This document shows positions 53,545 to 59,850 of a DNA stretch of 59,850 bases, piece after piece. Made by a program: the position numbers and the translations under genes. This DNA is from an uncultured Erysipelotrichaceae bacterium. Lineage in GTDB: Bacteria; Bacillota_I; Bacilli_A; RF39; UBA660. The stretch lies in the NCBI GenBank assembly GCA_902776735.1, contig CACYRE010000004.1, forward strand, positions 1 through 59,850, given 5' to 3'. The notes under the pieces are model-generated. The model was not told the origin of the DNA. It made no database searches and saw nothing but the letters and a program-made list of their open reading frames with translations. How positions within the stretch are numbered: the first letter of the stretch is position 1; each line of letters opens with the position of its first letter.

Positions 53545-55401
53545 ATGTTAGAAAAAATAAAAAAAACAAATGATATTAAAAAATTAAATAATCAAGAAAA
53601 GAAAGAATTATCTAAAGAAATTAGAGAATATATTATTGATGTTACATCAAAAAATGGTGGACATTTAGCCTCAAATCTTGGGAGTGTAGAGTTAACAATA
53701 GCACTTGAAAGTGTTTTTGATCCAAATAAAGATAAAATTATTTGGGATGTTGGACATCAATGTTATACACACAAAATATTAAATGGACGAAAAGACTCAT
53801 TTAAAACAATAAGAAAATTTAGAGGTATTTCTGGTTTTCCAAAAACTAAAGAAAGCAAAACAGATACTTTTAATACTGGACACTCAAGCACCTCAATTAG
53901 TGCTGCTATGGGTTTTGCAACCGCCAGAGATTTACAACATAAAAATTACAATGTTATAGCTGTTATTGGAGATGGAGCCTTAACTGGTGGAATGGCAATG
54001 GAAGCCTTAAATCATGTTGGTAGTACGAATACCAAGATGATAGTTATATTAAATGATAATGAAATGAGTATTTCGAAAAATATAGGAGGTATCAATAAAC
54101 TTCTTACTCACCTTCGAGCTAAAAAGAATTATTCTAAATCTAATATTGTAGGTAAAAGTATTATTTCTAATATTCCAATAGTTGGAAAAAGCATAGTTTC
54201 TTGTATTAGAAAAATAAAAAGTAGTATCAAACAATTAATTGTACCTGGAATGTATTTTGAAGAAATTGGTTTTAGATATTTGGGTCCAGTTGATGGTCAC
54301 AATATTGAAATAATGGAAGACTTATTTTCCAAAGCTAAAGAATTAGATGGACCAACATTAATTCATGTACTTACTAAAAAAGGTAAAGGTTATAAATATG
54401 CAGAAGAAAATCCTATGAAGTTTCATGGAATAAGTCCATTTAATAAAGAAACAGGAGAATTAATAAAAAAAAGTAAGCTTTCATATTCTAAAGTCTTTGG
54501 AAATAAATTAATTGAACTTGCAAAAAAAAACAAAAAGATAGTAGCAATTACCGCTGCTATGAAAGATGGTACAGGTCTCAGTAAGTTTTCTGAAATTTAT
54601 CCCAATAGGTTTTTTGATGTAGGTATTGCAGAAGGACATGCTATTACGTTTGCTTCAGGACTTGCTAGTGCTGGAATGAAGCCAGTTGTTTCAATTTATT
54701 CCTCATTTTATCAAAGATGTTATGATCAAGTAATACATGACGTTTGTTTGCAAAACTTAGGTGTTGTAATGTGTGTAGATAGGGCGGGCCTTGTTGGAGC
54801 AGATGGCGATACCCATCAAGGTTTGTATGATATGTCATTTATGCGAACTGTTCCTAATTTAATTATTATGTGTCCTAGAAACTACAAAGAACTAGAAGAT
54901 ATGTTAGAATTAGCTATCAAACTAAATAAACCAGTACTACTTAGATATCCTAGAGGAGAAGAAAAGAAAGATAACTATCAAGTTTTAAAAATAAATATTG
55001 GTAAAGGTCAATTACTTGAATCAGGAAACGATTTAACAATTATTACCATTGGTAAAACATGCTCTACAGGTATATACATTTTAAATAAATTAAAAACTAT
55101 TTCCAAAACAGCTGATCTTATTAATTGTCGTTTTTTAAAACCACTAGATACTAGCCTAATAATTAATAGTTTAAGAAAAACAAAAAAAGCCATTGTAATA
55201 GAAGATGGTACTATAATTAATGGACTATCTACTGCCATAAAAGAATTAATTGTTGATAATAATTTAAATATAAAATTAAATTGTTATGCTTATCCAGATA
55301 AATTTATTGAACATGGAGATATAAAATCCTTAGAAAGAAAATATAAATTAGATGGAGAATCTATTTATGAAGATATTATTAATAATAATTTTTTGAACTA
55401 A
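53545..55401 (+). CDS. dxs: 1-deoxy-D-xylulose-5-phosphate synthase
   Basis: GGHLASNLGSVELT, TGHSSTSISAAMG, GDGALTGGMAMEALN and DRAGLVGADGDTHQG. Confidence 0.95.
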   Translation: MLEKIKKTNDIKKLNNQEKKELSKEIREYIIDVTSKNGGHLASNLGSVELTIALESVFDPNKDKIIWDVGHQCYTHKILNGRKDSFKTIRKFRGISGFPKTKESKTDTFNTGHSSTSISAAMGFATARDLQHKNYNVIAVIGDGALTGGMAMEALNHVGSTNTKMIVILNDNEMSISKNIGGINKLLTHLRAKKNYSKSNIVGKSIISNIPIVGKSIVSCIRKIKSSIKQLIVPGMYFEEIGFRYLGPVDGHNIEIMEDLFSKAKELDGPTLIHVLTKKGKGYKYAEENPMKFHGISPFNKETGELIKKSKLSYSKVFGNKLIELAKKNKKIVAITAAMKDGTGLSKFSEIYPNRFFDVGIAEGHAITFASGLASAGMKPVVSIYSSFYQRCYDQVIHDVCLQNLGVVMCVDRAGLVGADGDTHQGLYDMSFMRTVPNLIIMCPRNYKELEDMLELAIKLNKPVLLRYPRGEEKKDNYQVLKINIGKGQLLESGNDLTIITIGKTCSTGIYILNKLKTISKTADLINCRFLKPLDTSLIINSLRKTKKAIVIEDGTIINGLSTAIKELIVDNNLNIKLNCYAYPDKFIEHGDIKSLERKYKLDGESIYEDIINNNFLN

Positions 55402-55474
55402 TAGTTAGTTCATTTTTTTATTTAAATTTTATTTAATTTGGTTTATACTTATATTAATAATAGGAGAGATAATT

Positions 55475-57031
55475 ATGATTATAAGAAAACCATATGCTTT
55501 TTTAATTAAAAACTTTAGAAAGATACATATAGTTTTATTAATACTAAGTTTATTTGTAGCTTATAAGTTAATTAATGTTAATTCTTTTGTATATGAATTT
55601 ATGAAACTTGGTACATATGACTCATATAATAATCCAATTACTAAACATATTACAATTTTGCTACAAGTAGCTATTATTTTTCTTTTTGTTGGAAGTGGTG
55701 CTTTAATCTTACTACTTAGATACAAAAAAAAGCCTTGGAAAATATACTTGGTTCCATTTATTGAATATTTAGCTTTATTTTTTGTACTAAATATGATTAA
55801 AAGTTTTTTTAATGGATATACATCTTCAGTAGAAACAACAGATCTTAGATTATCAAGAGACTTATTAACAATATTTTTAATTGTACAACTAGCATCGATA
55901 GGTATATTTATAATGAGAGTTTTTCAACTTGATATTAAGAAATTTAATTTTAATAGTGATGAAGAATTCTTAGAATTAAGTGAAAAAGACCGCGAAGAAT
56001 TTGAAATTAGGTTAGATGTTGATAGTAATAGTATTAAGCGTACATATAGAAAATTATTTAGAAATATTGGTTATGTATATGCAGAACATAAGATAATTTG
56101 TAATTTTATAATCAGTATTTTATTTGTTGTAATAGTATTTAGCATATATAAATTTATTTTTATAACAAATAAAATTTATAAAGAAGGGCAAAATTATAAT
56201 GCTAATGGTTATACTATGAAAATAAATAAAGCTTATTTTACTGATAAAGATAGTAGTGGAAATATCATAACTAAAGATAAAGATTTTATTATAGTTGATG
56301 TAACAATTACAAATAATATTGAAAGAAGAAAACTTAATTTGGATAATTTTCATTTAAAAAATGGTACATCTGATTTTATAACAACAGCACAAACTTATGC
56401 TGATGAATTTAGTGATTTAGGAAAATGTATTGATACTAATGAAGAGTTGAGAAGAGGACAAACTATTGATACAATTATTATATTTAAAGTTGATAAAATA
56501 AATAAAAATAAAAATTATGTTTTGTATTACCAAGAAAATGAAAATAATAATAAATTGAGAAAAATAAAATTAAATATTGATGATGTTTCAAAATTAAAAA
56601 AAGCAAAGCATTTTAATTTGGGAGATACTTTAAAATTAAAATCTTATAATGTAGATGAAGATTTATCATTTGATAGTTATGAAATATTGAATACTACAAA
56701 TTATTATATTAGAAGTTGTTCGACTACATTGTGTGATAGAATAGAAAAAGAATATACAGCTCCTCCTGGAAATAATATACTAGAAATTGATTTTGGATCA
56801 GATGGCTATGAAGTAAAAGACGTTATTAAATTATTAGAAGAACACGGGAAAATTATATATAATGATAGTGATGATATAGAACAAGAAATAAATATTACTG
56901 ATGCTATAAAGCAAAATTATTATGGAAAAAAATTATATTTATTAATACCAAACTCAATAACAGATGATACAAAATTTAAATTTAAAATTATTTATCGAAA
57001 TAATCAATATTTTTATAACTTTATTAGTTAA
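55475..57031 (+). CDS. Hypothetical polytopic membrane protein with a DUF4352-like extracellular domain
   Basis: About five TM helices, then KDFIIVDVTITNNIERRKLNLDNFHLKNG. Confidence 0.5.
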   Translation: MIIRKPYAFLIKNFRKIHIVLLILSLFVAYKLINVNSFVYEFMKLGTYDSYNNPITKHITILLQVAIIFLFVGSGALILLLRYKKKPWKIYLVPFIEYLALFFVLNMIKSFFNGYTSSVETTDLRLSRDLLTIFLIVQLASIGIFIMRVFQLDIKKFNFNSDEEFLELSEKDREEFEIRLDVDSNSIKRTYRKLFRNIGYVYAEHKIICNFIISILFVVIVFSIYKFIFITNKIYKEGQNYNANGYTMKINKAYFTDKDSSGNIITKDKDFIIVDVTITNNIERRKLNLDNFHLKNGTSDFITTAQTYADEFSDLGKCIDTNEELRRGQTIDTIIIFKVDKINKNKNYVLYYQENENNNKLRKIKLNIDDVSKLKKAKHFNLGDTLKLKSYNVDEDLSFDSYEILNTTNYYIRSCSTTLCDRIEKEYTAPPGNNILEIDFGSDGYEVKDVIKLLEEHGKIIYNDSDDIEQEINITDAIKQNYYGKKLYLLIPNSITDDTKFKFKIIYRNNQYFYNFIS

Positions 57032-57139
57032 ATATTTTAATAGTAGTTAATTGACAATTTAAGGAAGTATGATAAAATTGTTTATAAGGGTAGGAAGAAG
57101 ATAGTGAAATTTTGATATTTATTATTTGGGAGGAAGAAA

Positions 57140-58948
57140 ATGAATAAAAAGAAAAAGAACTATGGAACTATTAAGTTGATTATTTCTATAGTTATTATAT
57201 GCTTATTTATATGGTTCTTAATTATTTCACCTAAGATGACTTTTAATTCTAACGAAAATAAGATGAGAGAGGCTGCTAAAAGATATTTTGAATTAAATAG
57301 TTCTGAGTTACCTACTGGTAAAAGGGTAAAGACAATTACTCTTACGGAGTTATATTCTAAAAAATATCTTGATAGTGATTTTTATGCTCCATATAGTAAT
57401 AATTTATGTAATCAAACAGATAGTTGGGTTAAGGTTAGAAAACAAGATAATGGTAGTTATGAATATTTAGTTTATTTGAATTGTGGTGTACTTCAGTCAA
57501 ATATTGATCATAAAGGTCCAGAAATTAAGTTAAATGGTGATAGTAAAATTACTATAGAGGAAGGAAATAAGTACACTGAGAAAGGTATAAAAAGTGTAAC
57601 AGATAATAATGATGGAAAATTAAGTGTAAAAGATGTTGAAATAAAAGGAACAGTTGATACTAGTAAGGTTGGTACTTATACTATTCAATATATTGCTTTT
57701 GATTCATTAAAAAATAAGACAGTAGTAAAACGAGTAGTCACTGTTGTTAAGAGTATTAGAAATGTTGTAAAAAAAGATTTAGGAAATTCAAAAAACTATG
57801 TAGGAAATCCAGAAAATAATTATGTTAGATTCTCTAATATGATGTTTAGGGTATATGGTTTAGATAGTGACAATAATGTTATATTGGTTGCTGCCGAAGA
57901 TGTTGCAAATGTTAATTTTACTAAGATAGATAAATGGTTAAATGAGTATTATTATAATCATTTAACAGCAAAAGCCAAAAAAATGATAGTTAAAGCAAAA
58001 TATTGTAATATGAATGTTACTGATTCAATACTAGATACTACAGAATGTAGTAGTTATACTAAAAAAATAAATGTTTATGTTCCAAGCATTGTTGAGGTAA
58101 ATAAAGCACAGGCAGATATGAATTTTATGAAGCCATATACTATTTCTTGGGTAGCTAATGCTGGTGCAAAAAATACTGCATATGTTACTAGAGATAGATT
58201 TTATTATGAGGATGAGGGAAAGAGTTTTATTCCAGTTTCTAATATAGATAATTATGGAATTAGACCAATGATCACAATAAAAGGAAATTTAAATGTAATA
58301 AGTGGAGACGGAAAGATTAATAATCCATATTTATTTGATGATTCTTCAAAAGTAAAAGGTGGAGAAAATGTTAGTGCGTTATCAACAGGTGAATATGTTT
58401 CAATTAGTAATACATTATATAGAGTTATAGATAGTGATGATGGAGCAGTAAAAGTAATTGCTGATGATTCGATTGTAAATGAACTTGAACCTGTCGTTGT
58501 ATCTTCATCCATAACTAATGGTAAGATTACATATAATCCTCAATCTAAAAAAAGCGTAGCCTATTTTATTAACAACAGAATTGGTGATTATGTGGATTCT
58601 AAATACTTTGAAAATCATACTATAATTGTTCCTATTTATAAAAAGGAATTTATCTATGGAGAAGAAACATCAACTAAAACATATAGAGCAAAGATATTTG
58701 CTCCAAATATGTATGAAATGTTTAGTGCTCAAACAAATTTATATGGACATTTATCTCATAGCTATTGGCTATTGAATAGTTCTAATGCAAGAATGAGAGC
58801 TGCAGTACTTACAGACATTGGTGTTCCATTAAATGAAAAATACCCACCATATATGAATTTTGGTATTAGAATATGTGCTTATTTAAAAGAAAGTGCTGTG
58901 GTAACAAGTGGTAGTGGAACTCATGATGATCCATATTTACTCAAATAA
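57140..58948 (+). CDS. Membrane-anchored surface protein with an Ig-like (DUF5011-type) domain and two DUF6273-like modules
   Basis: GPEIKLNGDSKITIEEGNKYTE...VGTYTIQYIAFD. Repeated modules end in GIRPMITIKG...GDGKINNPYLF and GIRICAYLK...GSGTHDDPYLL. Confidence 0.5.
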   Translation: MNKKKKNYGTIKLIISIVIICLFIWFLIISPKMTFNSNENKMREAAKRYFELNSSELPTGKRVKTITLTELYSKKYLDSDFYAPYSNNLCNQTDSWVKVRKQDNGSYEYLVYLNCGVLQSNIDHKGPEIKLNGDSKITIEEGNKYTEKGIKSVTDNNDGKLSVKDVEIKGTVDTSKVGTYTIQYIAFDSLKNKTVVKRVVTVVKSIRNVVKKDLGNSKNYVGNPENNYVRFSNMMFRVYGLDSDNNVILVAAEDVANVNFTKIDKWLNEYYYNHLTAKAKKMIVKAKYCNMNVTDSILDTTECSSYTKKINVYVPSIVEVNKAQADMNFMKPYTISWVANAGAKNTAYVTRDRFYYEDEGKSFIPVSNIDNYGIRPMITIKGNLNVISGDGKINNPYLFDDSSKVKGGENVSALSTGEYVSISNTLYRVIDSDDGAVKVIADDSIVNELEPVVVSSSITNGKITYNPQSKKSVAYFINNRIGDYVDSKYFENHTIIVPIYKKEFIYGEETSTKTYRAKIFAPNMYEMFSAQTNLYGHLSHSYWLLNSSNARMRAAVLTDIGVPLNEKYPPYMNFGIRICAYLKESAVVTSGSGTHDDPYLLK

Positions 58949-58964
58949 AATTTAGGGGGGAAGT

Positions 58965-59768
58965 ATGAGAAAAAAATATAAAAAAAAGTCTAAATTTAAA
59001 ACACTGATTATTTTGGTATCATTACTCATTATTCTATTTTTAATTTTTCTTCTTATTCAAAATATGTTCATGTTTCGGGATGGACTTAGAAGTTTATCAC
59101 ATGTAAATGATATAAAAAAATCAATAAAAAATAATGATACTAAAGATTATTATACAACTGGTTGGCTTGATGTATATAATACAAGTTTAAATATGCCGGT
59201 ATTCTACATGAGGCAATCTTTTGATGGAAGTACAAAAATAGAGAAATTTTCATGGTCATATAATGATGGTAAATTTCACAATATAATAATAATAAATGGA
59301 CATAATATTATGAATTTAGGAATACCTAAAAAATCTAATAAAAACTTTAATCGATTTGAAGAATTAGTATCATTTTTATATCCTGATTTTGCTAGTAAAC
59401 ATAGATATATACAATATACAGTTGATGGCAAAGATTATATTTATAAGATTTTCTCTGTAGGTATACTAAATGGTTATAATATTGATACCCTTCCTACAAA
59501 TGGTACTTCTCCTAAGAAAATGAGTAAAATAATAAAAATGTTTAATGACAATAGTATTTATGATTATGATATAAATGTAGATTCTTATGATGATATAATT
59601 GTTTTAAGTACTTGTACTAGAATTAATGGTAAGGATGGATTGTATGATGATATGGTAGTTGTAGGAAAAAGAGTTAAAAATCGGTTAAGTATTAATTCAA
59701 AAATTAAAAAAACTACTAGATATAAAGCAATAGATAATGTTTTGAGAGGTGAAAATGATGAATCATAA
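58965..59768 (+). CDS. Sortase-family transpeptidase (class B-like)
   Basis: N-terminal TM helix, INGHNIM (His), VLSTCTR (TLxTC-type Cys) and VVVGKRV (Arg). Confidence 0.55.
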   Translation: MRKKYKKKSKFKTLIILVSLLIILFLIFLLIQNMFMFRDGLRSLSHVNDIKKSIKNNDTKDYYTTGWLDVYNTSLNMPVFYMRQSFDGSTKIEKFSWSYNDGKFHNIIIINGHNIMNLGIPKKSNKNFNRFEELVSFLYPDFASKHRYIQYTVDGKDYIYKIFSVGILNGYNIDTLPTNGTSPKKMSKIIKMFNDNSIYDYDINVDSYDDIIVLSTCTRINGKDGLYDDMVVVGKRVKNRLSINSKIKKTTRYKAIDNVLRGENDES

Positions 59769-59850
59769 AAGATTGAAACTAGAAATTATAAGTAAGAAAA
59801 TAGGGGGTATTTCTTTATTAGTTATTGTTTTATTTTGTTTAAGCTTTTAT
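59755..59850 (+). CDS. 5' end of a membrane protein gene (partial, runs off the right edge)
   Basis: MMNHKRLKLEIISKKIGGISLLVIVLFCLSFY. It overlaps the sortase stop. Confidence 0.4.
   Translation, partial: MMNHKRLKLEIISKKIGGISLLVIVLFCLSFY

Noticed and set aside
13864-58512. Short antisense or overlapping ORFs in the track: 13864-14064, 18580-18819, 18860-19129, 26352-26546, 26736-26921, 27401-27634, 27772-27966, 28380-28565, 29082-29312, 30561-30746, 31155-31358, 32096-32389, 32284-32634, 34753-34992, 35374-35565, 36870-37091, 37075-37299, 38592-38789, 43356-43553, 44849-45037, 50111-50338, 54049-54234, 55008-55238, 56120-56353 and 58252-58512.
   Set aside because: All lie inside longer ORFs that carry recognisable motifs or good RBSs. 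They have low-complexity I/F/L/S-rich translations typical of shadow frames in AT-rich DNA, and they lack SD sequences.

Overview
This is a very AT-rich chromosomal segment from a spore-forming low-GC Firmicute. The evidence is a cotJ operon and Bacillus-like ireB-ruvX-DUF1292-mltG-trmR-trhP...greA synteny. The standard genetic code applies: intact genes end in TAA, TAG and TGA, and Trp is TGG. Recognisable housekeeping genes include PFOR (nifJ), recG, rluD, dxs, greA, a GH13 amylase, desulfoferrodoxin, hsp20 behind a CIRCE operator, and tRNA-His.

The accessory core lies at about 14.87-33.04 kb. Two related tyrosine-integrase islands sit in tandem, delimited by three direct copies of ACCCCCTGAAGA. 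They appear to be inserted into the 3' end of a small RNA gene that has its own promoter and terminator. Each island has the same leftward backbone (int, small HTH, OB-fold-like, HTH_36-like), an ORF-less control region of about 760 bp, and rightward cargo.
- Island 1 cargo is a membrane-anchored Mrr-type nuclease plus a soluble KAP P-loop NTPase.
- Island 2 cargo is an N6A methyltransferase, a putative PD-ExK endonuclease and a T5orf172/GIY-YIG-like protein. These are followed by four tightly packed genes (28867-32776) that I cannot assign to any family. This block is my best candidate for an undescribed defence system.

An AbiEi/AbiEii pair sits just outside the last att copy. The left 7.5 kb is a decaying region with in-frame stops, a homopolymer frameshift and an eroded thioester adhesin. 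It also holds a coherent candidate type I toxin locus. No CRISPR array or rRNA is present. All functional calls rest on motifs read by eye; no database searches were run.
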